Assembly (NCBI RefSeq): GCF_963921235.1
Contig: NC_086097.1
Span: 11,718,001 to 11,782,000, forward strand
Origin: Mobula hypostoma
Taxonomy: Eukaryota
Direction of reading: 5' to 3'
Length of the DNA: 64,000 nucleotides
In this document: positions 1 to 13,507 of the stretch, piece after piece
How positions within the stretch are numbered: the first letter of the stretch is position 1
How the letters are laid out: every line of letters starts with the position of its first letter
The notes under the pieces: generated by a model
What the model was told of the DNA's origin: nothing
The model's input: the letters and a program-made list of their open reading frames with translations, nothing else
The model's database searches: none
Position numbers and translations under genes: made by a program

Positions 1-210
1 CCACAAACTGCAGTGGAGGCCAAGTCCATGGGTATATTTAAGGTGGAAGTTGATTGTTTCTGATTGGTCAGGGCATCAAAGGATATGGCAAGAGGACAGG
101 TGTATGGAGTTGAGTGGGATCCAGGATCAGCCATGATGGAATGAAGGAGCAGACTCAATGGGATGAATGGCTTAATTTTGCTCCTATGTCTTATAGTCTT
201 GTGGTCTTAT
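1..210 (+). mobile_element. CR1 LINE 3' end
   Basis: Same 3' sequence as other CR1 copies in the window (AVEAKS..IFKVEVD coding tail), ending in the short tandem tail tcttatagtcttgtggtcttat. Confidence 0.8.
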
Positions 211-978
211 AGATGTATAGCTGTGATATATATGAAGGTGTGCTCTATGTGTAGATGTGGATATGTGGTATCCATGAAATTGTGGTGAAAGTAAAATCCA
301 CGTAGATGTAGAGAAATGTTATCCATGAAAATGAGGGGAAGTAGATATCTAAGAAGATGTGGAGAAGTTGGTATCTATAAAGCTGTGGCGAAGTGGTATC
401 CATATTGATGTGGAGTATTGTTATCCATTTTGAGATGGTATCCATGTAGGTGTAAACAAGTGGTGTCCACGTAGATGAGGAGATGTGGTATCCATGTAGA
501 TGTATTGTCTATAGAGATGTGGTGGAGTTGTATCCACATAGATGTGGAGGTGGAACCATGAAAGTGTGGCGAATGTGGTATCCATAAAGATGTGGATAAC
601 TGGTACCTATGTAGGTGTGGAGACATGGTATCCAAGTTAATGTGGTGTACTGATTTCATGCAGGTTTGGACAACTGGTATCTATGTTATCCATGAAGATG
701 TGATAGAAGTGGTATTCATGTAAATTTGGAGAACAGCATTCATGGAAATGCAGAGTAGGTGGTAGCCATGAAGATCTGGAAAATTGGTATTCATAAAGAT
801 CTTGAGAATTGGTATCCATGTACATGTGGGGAAGTGCAATACATGATAATGTGGGGTAGTGTTATCCATGTACTGTAGATGTGGTATCCATATAGCTGTG
901 GACAAGAGGAATCCATGTAGATGTCGTAAAGTTGAGATCCTGTAGGTGTGGAGAAGAGTTATTCATGTAGATATGATA
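211..978 (+). repeat. Degenerate satellite, unit approx. GTGGTATCCATGTAGAT(GTGGAGAA), block 1
   Basis: Tandem degenerate 17/25-bp units visible directly; G-rich, C-poor top strand. Confidence 0.9.
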
Positions 979-1688
979 TTCAAAGGTTCAAAGGTCCATT
1001 TAATTTCAGAAACATATATACCCTCTACATGCTGAAAGGCTTTTTCTTCGCAACCATCCATGAAAACGGAGAAGTGTCCCAAAGAATGAACGACAGTTAA
1101 ATGTTAGAACCCCAAAGTAACCCCTCCCCAGCTCCCCTTGCTCCTGCGCATAAGCGGCCGCAAGCAACAATCCCCCCTCCCCTCACGGGCAAAAAAAGCA
1201 AGGGCACCTGCCACCGAGCACTCAAGCGTGAGCAAAGCAACAGCAAAGACACAGACTTGTAGTTGCCCCAGAGGCTTTGCGTTTCACCTGATATACAACA
1301 TACCACAGGCTCTCTCTCTCCCTAATAAGGGAGAAAAGGGTGTCTCCATTTTCCCAGCAAGTGGGGAAACAACAAACAACTCGCTAGTTTACGATGTTAA
1401 AAGTCCGTTACGTCACTTTTTTCGAGCTCTGTGCCAGAAGATCTCAAAGATCTCAGGTCTCCGGGCACACAGCAGATATCCCCACTCCACCGACAACACA
1501 CGGGTCTCCTGCCATGACACCAACCCTCACTTTGCCCGTCTCCAGAACCCCGAGATCCTAGGCTTCCAAATCCAAGCTGGACTCTTAGGCCGAGCCCCTG
1601 CTGTGCCGAACAACAACGGTCGGTTATGAAACCCCAAGAACGGGTCTCATTCCCACAAAGAACCGAAGTCAGCATGTAATTCCAGAAT
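979..1688 (-). mobile_element. Unclassified non-LTR retroelement 3' UTR fragment
   Basis: Interrupts the satellite; begins with a short tandem tail (ttcaaagg x2) and is compositionally distinct; no recognisable ORF. Confidence 0.4.
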
Positions 1689-1689
1689 T

Positions 1690-2400
1690 TAAAAACGTAA
1701 ACACGAGGAATTCTGCAGATGCTGGAAATTCAAGCAACACACATCAAAGTTGCTGGTGAACGCAGCAGGCCAGGCAGCATCTCTAGGAAGAGGTACAGTC
1801 GACGTTTCGGGCCGAGACCCTTCGTCAGGACTAACTGAAGGAAGAGTGAGTAAGGGATTTGAAAGTGGGAGGGGGAGGGGGAGATCCAAAATGATAGGAG
1901 AAGACAGGAGGGGGAGGGGATGGAGCCAAGAGCTGGACAGGTGATTGGCAAAAGGGATATGAGAGGATCATGGGACAGGAGGCCCAGGGAGAAGGAAAAG
2001 GGGGAGAGGGGGAAAACCCAGAAGATGGGCAAGGGGTATAGTCAGAGGGGCAGAGGGAGAAAAAGGAGAGTGAGAGAAAGAATTGTGTATATAAATAAAT
2101 AACGGATGGGGTACGAGGGGGAGGTGGGGCATTAGCGGAAGTTAGAGAAGTCAATGTTCATGCCATCAGGTTGGAGGCTACCCAGACGGAATATAAGGTG
2201 TTGTTCCTCCAACCTGAGTGTGGCTTCATCTTTACAGTAGAGGAGGCCGTGGATAGACATGTCAGAATGGGAATGGGATGTGGAATTAAAATGTGTGGCC
2301 ACTGGGAGATCCTGCTTTCTCTGGCGGACAGAGCGTAGGTGTTCAGCAAAACGATCTCCCAGTCTGCGTCGGGTCTCGCCAATATATAGAAGGCCACATC
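1690..2400 (-). mobile_element. Penelope-like element 3' part (GIY-YIG endonuclease C-terminus plus 3' UTR)
   Basis: Minus strand encodes LLYIGETRRRLGDRFAEHL...PVATHFN...RLEEQHLIFRLGSLQPDGMNIDFSNFR; pyrimidine-rich UTR with hammerhead motif. Confidence 0.9.
1797..1832 (-). ncRNA. Minimal type I hammerhead ribozyme motif
   Basis: Reverse complement agtc-CTGACGA-a-ggg-tctcgg-ccc-GAAA-cg-TC-gact: intact core, stem I agtc/gact, 3-bp stem II, palindromic ACGT stem III, GUC triplet. Confidence 0.8.
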
Positions 2401-3008
2401 GGTGTGAGGATAGGAACAGAGGAGGTGCTTATGGAGTATAGGAAATGCAAGACAACACTTAAGGAAAAAATCTGGAAGGCTAAAAGAAGGCATGAAATTG
2501 TTCTAGCATGAAATTTTCCAAGGGATTCTACAGATATGTTGACAGCAAAAGGATTGTAAGGGGCAAAATTGGAAGACCAGAATGGTAATCCATGTTTGGA
2601 GAGAAAGCTGTTGGGGGAGATCTTAAATGCATTCTTTGCATCTGTATTTACGTGGGAGATTGATATAGAGTCTACAGAAGTGAGGCAATGTGGCATCAAC
2701 TTCATGGACCCTGTACAGATTACAGAGAAGGAGGTATGCACTACCCTGAGGCAAATCAGGGTGGATGAAGGTGTTTGACAAGGTGTTTCCTTGGACCATA
2801 TGTGAGGCAAGTGTGGAATTTTCCGGGGCCCAAGCGGAGACATTTAAAACATCCTTAGTGACAGGAGAGGTACCAGAGAATTGGAGGATAGCCAAAGTTG
2901 TTCCACTGTTTAAAAAGGCTCTAAACAGAAACTAGGAAATTATAAACCGGAGAGTCTGACATCATTTGTGGGCAAGTTATTGGAAGGTATTCTAAGGGAT
3001 TGGGTATA

Positions 3009-4625
3009 AGACCATAAGACCATAAGATTTAGGAGCAGAAGTAGGCCATTTGGCCCATCGAGTCATGGGCTGATCCACTTCATTCAGTCATCCCCACTCC
3101 CCTGCTTTCACCCCATACTCTTTGATGCCCTGATTAATCAAGAACATATCTACCTCTACCTTAAATGTACCCAATGACTTGGCCTCCACAGCCACTTGTG
3201 GCAACAAATTCCACAGATTTACCACCCTCTGACTAAAGTAATTTCTTCGCATCTCAGTTCTAAAAGGACGTCTGTCAATCCTGAAGTCATGCCTTCTTGT
3301 CCTAGAATCCCCTACCATGGGAAATAACTCTGCCATATCTAATCTGTTCAGGCCTTCTAACATTTGGAATGTTTCTATGAGATCCCCCCCTCATTCTGAT
3401 TTGATGGAGAGGGATGTGAAAGCACAGAGGAACATCTGGAGAAATTTCTGAAACGCTCGTTCGCTGCTATCGTTACTGCATGGTCCGGAATCTTTTGGAG
3501 GGTAGGCCTCAAAATCCCCAGCTTTGCCTGCTGTTGGCGACCGAGATTGAGGTCGAATCGTTCGGACAGAGATGGCGCTCAGTACTCGGTGTCGGAGAGC
3601 TGATCAGAGCTCGAAGTTTTCAGATGACTCAGAGTCAGACTATGGTCAGCATGGCAGGGAGAGTTCTTCCTTCTCCCGACTGCGTGAGATGTGGGACATT
3701 TGTGAGACTTTGAACTTTTACTGTGCTCATGGACTTCTTCAACAAGTTATGGTATAGTTGCACTGATTTAACTCTATGTTATAATTATGTGGTTTTGTCA
3801 GTTTTTTCAGTCTTGGTCTGTCCTGTGTTTTGTGCTATCACACCAGAGGAAATTTTGCATCATTTCTTAATGCATGCATTACTAAAAGACAATGAAAGAG
3901 GACTGCGTGTCCTCATAATCTAATTCTCCTGAACTCCAGGGAATACAGCTCAAGAGCTGCCAGACGTTCCTCATACAGTAACCCTCTCATACCTGGAATC
4001 GTTCTTGTGAATCTTCTCTGAACCCTCTCCCATGTCAGTATGTCCTTTCTAAAATAAGGAGTCCAAAACTGCACACAATACTCCAAGTGTGGTCTCACGA
4101 GTGCCTTATGGAGCCTCAACATCACATCCCGGCTCTTAAATTCCGTACCTCCAAAAATGAATGCCAACATTGCATTCGCCTTCTTCACAACTGACCCAAC
4201 CTGCAGAGTAACCTTTAGGGTATCTTGCACAAGGACTCCTAAGCCTCTTTGCATCTCTGCATTTTGAATTCACTCCCGATCTAAATAATAGTCTGCCCAT
4301 TCATTTCATTCACCAAAGTGCATGACCATACACTTTCCAACATTGTATTTCATTTGCCACTTCTTTGCCCATTCCCCTAAACTATCTAAGTCTCTCTGCA
4401 GGCTCTCTGTTTCCTCAACACTACCCACTCCTCCACCTATCTTTGTATCATTAGAAAATGTAGCCACAAATCCCTTAATACAGTAGTCCAAATCATTGAC
4501 ATACATTGTAAAAAGTAATGGTCCCAACACCGACCCCTGTGGAACTCCACTGCTAACCGGCAGCCAGCCAGAATAGGATCCCCTTATTCCCACTCTGTGT
4601 CCTGCTGACCAGCCAATGCTCCACC
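3009..4625 (-). mobile_element. CR1 LINE 3' portion nested in the CR1 above
   Basis: ORFs 4306-4593, 3913-4254 and 3088-3363 carry GVPQGSVLGPLLF, LVRPHLEYCVQFW, FSQRVVNLWN; tandem tail (accataag) at 3011. Confidence 0.9.
3398..3924 (+). mobile_element. Unclassified retroelement 3' fragment inserted in CR1
   Basis: Splits the contiguous CR1 sequence tcattct|cctgaactcc; attct on both sides; ends in ataatctaat tail. Confidence 0.55.
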
Positions 4626-5422
4626 TCTATTAGTATTGGTATTAGTATTTGGATAGACATGGACTGATTAAAAGTAATCAGCATGTTTTCGTGTTTGTCA
4701 CGTCCAACCAATCTTATAGAGTTTTTTCAGGAAGTTACCAGGAAATTGGATGAAGGCAAGGCAGTGGATGATGTCGACATGTCTACATAGGCATTTGACA
4801 AGGTCCAGCATATAGGCTGGTCAAGAAGCTTCAGTTGCTCAGCATCCAGGTTGAGATAGTAAATTGGATTAGACACTGGCTTTGTGGGAGAAGCCAGAGA
4901 GTGGTAGTAGAGGGTTGCGTCTCTGACTGGAGGCCTGTGTCTAGTGGTGTGCTGCAGGGATCGGTGCTGGGTCCTTTACTGTTTGTCATCTATATCAATA
5001 ACCTGGATGATAATGTGGTTAACTGGAACAGCAAATTTGAGGGTGGCACCTAGACTGGGGGTGTAATGGAATGGACAGTGAGGGTGGCTATCATGGCTTG
5101 CAGAGGGATCTGCATCAGCTGGAATACTGGGCTGAAAAATGGAAGATGGAATTCAATGCAGACAATTGCGAGGTTTTGCACTTCGGTAGCACCAACCAGG
5201 GTAAATCTTACATGGTGAATGGTAGGGCACTGAGGAATGTGGTAAAACAAAGGGATCCGGGAATACAGGTCCCTAATTAATTGAAAATGGTGTCACAGGT
5301 AGATCAGGTTGTAAAGGAAGTTCTTGACACATTGGCTGTCAAGATCAGTGTATTGTGTACAGGAGGTGGGATGTAAACAAGATCCCAGGAAAGATATAAA
5401 CAAGATTGAAAAAGTGCAGAAA

Positions 5423-5935
5423 TTAGAGAGTAATGCCGTATATTTTGAGTATATACCTCAAGAATGTTTGAAAAGAGATAAATATTTAATGAACATACTG
5501 CTGGTGGCCGGTAAAAAGACCCTTACCAGGAAATAGTTATCTCAGGAGAGCCCAACTTTAAATGTATGGATGGAAATTACAATGGACATTTACAAAATGG
5601 AGAAGATAACAGCATCTGTTAATCATAAGTTGGAACAATTTTATTCATACTGGAAAAAATAGTTTAACTACATAACACCTCATAGGCCTGATTTTATTCT
5701 CACAAGTCAATGAGTATATTGTAAAAAAAGATCACTCCCTACTCTGTACATAGTTTTCTTCTTTCAATTGTTCTTTCTTTTCTCTCCTTTCTATAAGTGT
5801 ATACCTCAGATAAATATTATGTGGAGATTTGTGACAAATATGATTATATGATATATATGTACAGTATCAGAGATACATCTTATGGAAATGTTTGTTTGAT
5901 GATGAAATTCAATAAAAAATAAATTACAAAAAAAA
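5423..5935 (+). mobile_element. L1-clade LINE 3' end (ORF2 C-terminus, UTR, polyA)
   Basis: LLVAGKKTLTRK.LSQESPTL..W...MEKIT resembles the fish L1 ORF2 end; AATAAA plus A tail; imperfect TSD gaaaaagtgcagaaa/gaaaacatgcagaaa. Confidence 0.7.
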
Positions 5936-6430
5936 GAAAACATGCAGAAAAAATTTACAAGGATGTTGCCAGGTCTGGAGTACCTGAGTTATAGGGAAAT
6001 ATTGAATAGGTTAGTGACTGTATTCTTTGGAAAATAGAAGATAGAGAGGTGATTTGATAAAGGTATACAAAATTATGAAGGATATAGAAATGGTAAATGC
6101 AAGCAAGCTTTTTCCTTTGAGGTTGAATAGGACTACAACCAGGTGTTATGCTTTAGAGTGAAAGGTGAGAAGTTTAAAGGGAAAATGAGGTGAAACTTCT
6201 TCATTTGGAGGGTTGTAAGAGTGTGGAATGAGCTGCCAGCACAAGTGGTGCATGCGAGCTCAATTTCCAAGTTTAAGTTTGGATAGGGACATGGATAGTA
6301 GGGATATGGATGGCTATGGTCCAGGTGCAAGTCAATGGGAGTAGGCAGTTTAAATGGTTTTGGCATGGATTAGATGGGCCAATGTGCTTGTTTCTGTGTT
6401 GTACTTCTCTATGACTCTATGATTCTAAGT

Positions 6431-9400
6431 TTTATCCATGTAGATATGGAGACTTGGTATCTATTTAGATGTAGTATCGATGTAGATGTGGAGAAGGTGG
6501 TACTATGTAGATGTGGAGATGTAGTATCTATGTAGATGAGCAGAAGTGGAATCCATGTGGGTACGATAGCCATTAAATATAGCATCCACATAAATGTGGT
6601 ATCCATGTGGATGAGAGAAAGTGATATCCATGTAGATGTATTGTTCATGTCAATATGGTGTGGATAGGTAGTATGCCTATAGATGTGGAGAATCAGTATC
6701 CATGAAGATGTAAAGAGGTTGTATCAATGTAGATGTGGAAAAAGATGATATCCATATAGCTGTGGAGATGTGCTGTCAATGTAGATGTGCTGCCTTGCAG
6801 ATGTGGAGAAGTGGTATCTGTGGTATCCATGAAGTTGTGCTAGAAGTGGTATACATGTATATGTGGGGAAGTGGTATCCATGGAAATGTGGAAAAGGTGG
6901 TATCTGTATAAATGTGCTATTCATGTAGAAGTGTAGAAGTGGTATACATATAGATGTAGAGAACAGATATTGATGTAGATATGGTATCCATGTAGTGGTA
7001 GAGAAATGGAATACATGTGGATATGCAGAACTGTCGTCCGTGTATAAATTGTATTCATGTAGGTGTGAAGAAGTAGAGAAGTGGTATCTATGGAAATGTG
7101 TTCTCCATAGAGGTGTGTAGATGCTGTGACCATGATGTTTTGTCATGGAAACGTGGAAAAGCTGGTATCCATGTAGATGTGGGGAACTGATATCCATGTA
7201 CATGTGGGGAAGAGGTATGCATTAGATGATGAAAAGTACTCTCCATATAGCTGTGGAGAGTAGGTTTACATGTAGATGAGGAAAACTGCTATTCATGTAG
7301 ATGTGTCATCCATAGAGATGTGAGAAGTTGTACCCAAAGAGATGTAGAATTTGTGGAGATATCAGAGTAGTGGTATCTAAGTTGTTATGGAGAATTGGCA
7401 TCCATGAAGATAAGGAGACATATCCATGGAGATATAGAGATGTTTTATCCATGTAGATGTGGAGAAGTGGAATCCATAAGAATGTTGTAGAATTGGAATC
7501 CATTAAGATGTAGTAGAATTGATATACATGTAGATGTGGAGAAGTAGTGTCCCTGGAAGTATGGTGTTATTCAAGAAGAAGAGGACAACTGGTAACCTTG
7601 TATATGTGGAGAGGTGGTATACATTTTGATGTGTAATTGCATACACGTAGATGTAGTATCCCTGCAGATGTTGACAAGTGGTATCCATGTAGAAGTGATA
7701 TTCATGAAGATGTGAAGAACTGGTATCCTTTAGATGTGGGGTAGGTGTATACATGTAGATGTGCATAAATGGTATTCAATTACATGTTCAGTACACGTAG
7801 ATGTGGCTGAGTGGTATCCATGCAGATGTGGAGAAATAGTATCAATATACCTGGGATGTCCATGTAGATGAGGAGAAGTGGTATCAGTGTAGATGTGTTG
7901 TCTATAGAGATGTGTAGGTGTTGTATCTATGTTGTAACCATAAAGATGTATAGGAATTGGTATATATGTAGATGTTGAGAAGTGCTATCTACGGAAATGT
8001 GGAGAATATGAAATCCATGCAGATGTGACATCAACATAAATGTGGACAAGTGATATCCATGCAGGTGTAGTACTAAAGTAGATTGTTATTCATGTAGAAG
8101 TGAAGAGGTTATATCTATGTAGATGTAGAGAAGAAGTATCCATGAAGATGTGGTTGGAGAGGTATCCATGTAGATGCAAAATAGTGGTATCTCTGGAAGT
8201 ATGGAGGAAGTTGTTTCTATGAATATGTGGAGAAGTGGTATCAACATTGATGTGGGGTGGTGGCATCTAAGTCATGTGATATACATGTAGATGTGCAGAA
8301 GTGACATCCATGTAGAAGGTGGGGGTGGGGAAGCGGGTGTTATCTATGTAGATGTGATATCCCTAGAGATGTGTAGATGTTGTATCTATAAAGATACAGT
8401 GGAATTGGTATACATGCAGATGTGGAGAGGTGGTATCCATGGAAGAGAGGAGAATGTGGTATCTATGAAGATGTAGCTTACTGTTGTCCATGTAACAATG
8501 GAGAAGTTGTATGCATGTAGATATAGTATCTATATAGATGTGGAGAATTGGCGTTCATGTAGATGAGGCGTTTTGGTATCGATGTAGATGTGATATCCAT
8601 GTAGATATGGAAAATTGATATTCAAGTAGATGTGGAGAAGAGGTATCAATGTAGATGAGAAGAGGAATCTATGTAGATGTGGAGAAGTTGTACCCATGTC
8701 AATGTGCTATTCATGTAGATTTGGAGATGTGCTATTCATGTAGATGTAAAAAAGTGGAATTCATCAAGATGTGGCGGAAGTGGAATACATGTCAAAGTGG
8801 AGAACTAGTATCCATGAAAATGTGAAGAAGGTGGGATCCATGTAGATGTGGTCAACTGGTATCCATATAGATGTGGAGAAAAGATATCAATTTAGATGTG
8901 TAACAGTCGTATTCAAGTAGTTGCGATGTCAATATAGATGTGGACAAGTAGTTTCAATGTAGATGTAGTACTAAAGTAGGCTGTTTTCCACGTGTACGTG
9001 GTATGCATGCTGATCTGATCAGGTCTTATCCATGTAGATGTAGTATGCATGTAGATGTAGAGTAGCGATATCCATGGAAAAGTGGAGGAGTTTGTTTTTA
9101 TGAACATGTTGAAAAGTAGTATCAACATTGATGTGGGGTAGTTGCATCCATGTCATGTGATGTCCATGTAAATGTGGAGAAGTGGTATATATGTAGATGT
9201 GGAGAATTTATTTCAATGTATATATGGTATCCATGTACAGTAGATAGAGGGAGGTGGCATCCATGTAGATATGCTGGTGTTGTCCATGTAGAAATAGTAT
9301 TCATGTAGATGCGGAGAAGTGACATCCATGTAGAAGAAGGGAAGTGTTATCTATATAGATGTGATATCCATAGAGATGTGTAGAAGTATCCATGGAAGGG

Positions 9401-11139
9401 TGGAAAATGTGGTATCTATGAAGATGTGGCTAACTGTTATCCATGTAGGTGTGGAACAAATTGTATCCGTGTAGATGTGGTATCCATTTTGATATGGAGA
9501 ATTGATATCCATGTAGATATGGAGAAGAGGTTTTTATATAGACGAGAAAATGTGGTATACATGTAAATGTGTTATCCCTAGAGCTGTGGAGAAATTGTAT
9601 CCATATAGATGTGGAGAAGTAATATCCATGTTAATGTAACAGTGGCATTCAAGCAGTTGTGATTTCAATGTAGTTGTGGACAAGTGGTATCCATGTAAAT
9701 GTAGCACTAAAGTAGATTATTATCCATGTAGACATGGTATCCATGTAGATATGGAGAAGTGGCATTCATGAAGATAGGGTGGCAGATGTAGAGTAGTCAT
9801 ATCCATGGAAATGCAGAAGAGATTATGTCTATGAAAATGCGGAGATGTGTTATTCATGTCTATGTGGGGATGTGGTATCCATGGAGATGTGAAGAAGTGG
9901 TATACATATAGATACGGAGAAGAGGTATTCAGGGAACTATGGAGAAGATGGTATCTGTGAAGATGTGGCTAACTGTTATCCATGCAGATGTGGAGAAGTG
10001 GTATCCATGTAGATGTAGAAAATTGATATCCATGTAGATGTGAAGAGATGTCAATGTAAATGAGGAGAAGAGGAATCCATGTTGATGTGGAGAAGTTGTA
10101 CCCATGTAGATGTGGTGGCATTGTAGTTGTAGAGTAGTGGTATCAATGTTGATATGGAGAGTTGACAGCAATATAGATATGGAAATGTATCCATGTAGAT
10201 GTATTATCAATATAGACATGAAGAACTTCTACAACTCTTAATGTGGTATCCCTGTAGATATGAAGCAGTATCCACGATGATGTGGAGAATTGATGTTGTA
10301 TCCATGTCGATGTGGAGAAGTGGAATCCATGCAGATGTAGTATCTATGTAGATGAGGAGAGATGGTATCCATGTAGATGTGCTATGCATGTTGATGTGGA
10401 GAGGTGGTATCCACGAAGGTGTGCTGGAAGTGGTAATTTTGTAGATATAGAGAAGTGGTACCATGGAAATATGGAGAATATGGTATCCATGAAGATATGG
10501 ATAATACTTATCCATGTAGATATGGATAATACTTATCCATGTAGATATGGAGTTGTGGTATCCAAATTGATGTAGAGTACTCGTATCCATGTAGATATGC
10601 TATCGATGTAGAGGTGGACCTCTATATATATACAGAGAAGAGTTATCCATGAAGATGTGGTGGAAGATGTATCCATGTAGATGTGAGAAGTAGTATCTTT
10701 GAGGTTGTGAATAATTGGTATTGATATAGATGTAGAGAACTGGCATCCATGTAGATGTGCAGAAGTGGTGTACATGTAGAAATGCTATTCCTGTAAACGT
10801 GTAGAAGTGGCATCCATGTACAAGTGTAGAAGTTGAATCAAAGTAGATGTTGTATCCATGTAGAAGAAGAGAATTGGTATCCATGTAGATGTGTTATCAA
10901 TATAGGCATGGAGAAATGGTATCCATGCAGGTGATGTATCCCTATAGATGTGAAGTGGTATCAGTGATGACATGGAGAACTGGCATTCATGAAGATATGG
11001 AGAAGTAGTATTAATGCTGATATGGACAAGTATGCATGTAAATGTCAAGAGGTGGTATCATGATGTAATATCAGTGAAGATGTGGATAACTGGTATCCGA
11101 GTTGTTGTGGAGAAGTGGTATCCCTGTATATGTGGTATC
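6431..11139 (+). repeat. Degenerate 17/25-bp satellite, main block
   Basis: About 4.7 kb of continuous gtggtatccatgtagat(gtggagaa) variants. Confidence 0.95.
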
Positions 11140-13507
11140 TATAATATGTGGATCTATTTCTTTTAGAGCAATAACTCTCCTGCCTCTGCACTACGTATTG
11201 ATCTGTTGTCTGCACATGCACTGCATGCACATTGTTCTCTCCCTTTCTCTCTCTCCCTTGTTGCAATGTGTATACACCAGTTAAAACCATCTCCCACGTG
11301 TGTGCTTTTATTTAATAATGTAGTTGTGCACAGACACAACAAGTTGGCAATGAGTACAAACCTGAATGGCAGAAAATATCACAAACTGAACTGACAGCTA
11401 CAGAATGAAACAGAGAGTTAAACAGCACAGGAAAGACAGCATGAACTCTAACAAAGGAATGTATGAGTAACAGTGAAAGATGTGCTGAATTTAAAGTGAA
11501 AATAATGGGGCAATGGCTTCATTTGGGAAAGTTGACAAATTTGATAACGGTAATGAAGACTGGGAGTTGTACATCGAGAGGGTTGAACTGTATTGTAACA
11601 AGAACAATGTGGAGAAGCAAAATAAAGCCCCTATGCTTCTCAGCTTAATGAGCTCATGAACGTACAGTCTCTTACACAACTTAGTAACCCCTGCAAAGCC
11701 AGCAAGCAAGTTGTTCTACTATTCAATGAAATTGTTACAATTTTTCAAAATCACTTGAGCACTAAACCGTTGGCAATAGCTGAATTTACAAAAGGAACCA
11801 GTCAAATGATGAAAGCATTTCTGAATGCATTGCAGAACTGCACCAACTTTCCCAGTATTGTGGCTTTAGAGATGGACTTTCTGATACTTTAAGGAACAGG
11901 CTTGTATGTGGCATGCATGATCAAAACTCTCAAAAGAGGCTACTGTTCAAAAGAGACCAAATCTTAGAACGGGCATTGACCATTGCAATATCATTGGAGA
12001 CTGCAGCAAAGGGTGCAGCAGAACTACAGAAAAGAATGTGAAATGCACAAAATGTGCAAAAAACCAAAAATGTTATTGACCTTGCAAATCTTCCCATGGT
12101 ACAAATGACTGTTAGTTCAAGGAAAAAGTGTGCAAAAAGTGTTACAGACGGGGTCACATAGAGTGAGTGTGCAAGGCAGACAAAAAGCACAACCAAGTGA
12201 AAAGTCTCAAACACAAAACTAAGCAAATGCATAAAGTTTCCAAATGTAAAACAGAATTAGACAGCATAGAGCTTGACAAAGGTGAGCTGCCATGCCTAGA
12301 ACTGCATAGTATAACTGAAACAGATCACAAAATCATCTGGATCACAATAGATGTGTCCGGTGCAAAACTGAAAATGGAGCTGGATACACGGTCCGCTTTG
12401 TCCATAATTCCAGAGCTTGGAGGAGTTTGGAATTCTCTCCAAGGTTGAATGGAGCTAATGAGCCATGCCCAATGTCCTAGTGATCAACAAAGGGGAGGCT
12501 GGAGGCATTCGCATCTGTGGGGATTTCAAGTTGAGCATCAACCTGGTGCTGCATACTATGCAGCATCTCCTGCCATGAATAGGGGACATTTTTGCATCTT
12601 TGGCAGGCGGGGAGAGGTTTTCAAAGATTGACTTGTCACAAGTCTATATGCAAATGGAGATTAAGGAGTCAAGCAGAAAGTTCCTCACAATCAACACTCA
12701 CAAGGGACTGTTCCAGTATAATTGTCTTGTCTTTGGTGTTGCACCAGCTCCAGCAATTTGGCAAAGAGCAATGGACCAAGTGCTCCCAAGATATCCCACA
12801 AACACAATGTTACCTTGATTTTTTTTTAAGCGTGTTGTACCAGACATTCAGCCATTCTTGTCTGGCACGTGGTGTCAGGATTAACCGGGTCATGTTATGA
12901 ATGTTCCTGACTCGATCCTTGAATTTTTTACGAGGCCAAGTGGCTAGCTCAATACTCAGCCAGACACAGATTGAAAGCGAGCTTGGGTGTGGCCCAACCT
13001 GGATTCGAACTCAGGAACCTTCACTCCAGAGTCTGGTGCTGATCTCACTGCGCCACCAGCTGGCCATGTTACCTTGATGACATCATTGTTACTGGCAAAA
13101 ATGATGAAGAGCAGCTCCAGAACCTTGGTAAAGTGCTTACCAGGTTAAGTGAGTATGGTCTGTGGGCAAAGAGAGAGAAATGTGAGTTTCTGAAGAATGA
13201 AGTTAGTTATGGACTGTTACTGTGAAAGCATGTTTATTAGGAATATGGGTTTATGAAAGGGAAATTGAATGTTTTCTATATATACAGTGTTATGTTGCGT
13301 TAATCTAAAGGGGGAGGAAGTGCAATGCACGGGTCTGTTTCATTTACAGCAATGACCCCACCCCCCCTTAGCACTACTTAGCACTATGTATTGATCTGTT
13401 ATCTATGCATACAAATTGATCTCTCGCAATGTAAATATGCCAGTTAAAACCATCTCCTGCATGAGTGCTATCATTTAATGTACATGTCGTTATGCACAGA
13501 CACAACA
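11140..13507 (+). mobile_element. Gypsy/Ty3 LTR retrotransposon, internally deleted; LTRs approx. 11140-11341 and 13321-13507
   Basis: Related LTRs ending cagacacaaca; PBS-like tggcaatgag; PPT aaagggggaggaag; TSD GTATC (11135-11139 and 13508-13512); gag (EDWELYIERVE), protease (MELDT), RT (RICGDFK, FSKIDL, YLDD); no RNase H or integrase. Confidence 0.9.
12820..13065 (-). mobile_element. tRNA-derived SINE inserted in the Gypsy RT
   Basis: A box tggcgcagtgag and B box gttcgaatcc on minus strand; A tail; 13-bp TSD atgttaccttgat (12807-12819, 13066-13078). Confidence 0.9.

Larger units (their letters stand above)
2401..6429 (+). mobile_element. CR1 LINE ORF2 remnant in three pieces (approx. 2401-3008, 4640-5422, 5941-6429)
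   Basis: RT motifs PENWRIA..LFKK, SGVLQGSVLGPLLFVIYINNLD, WAEKWKMEFN; tail tctatgactctatgattct; pieces are collinear across the nested insertions. Confidence 0.85.

Noticed and set aside
1138..1629. 163-aa plus-strand ORF
   Set aside because: Lies antisense within a retroelement UTR-like fragment and shows no recognisable domain.
6431..11139. CRISPR-like or repeat-spacer array
   Set aside because: Units are contiguous and degenerate with no unique spacers; eukaryotic TE context with no cas genes.
12980..13065. tRNA gene
   Set aside because: A/B boxes are the head of a SINE with body, A tail and TSD; no full cloverleaf. The same applies to the heads at 46392 and 60488.
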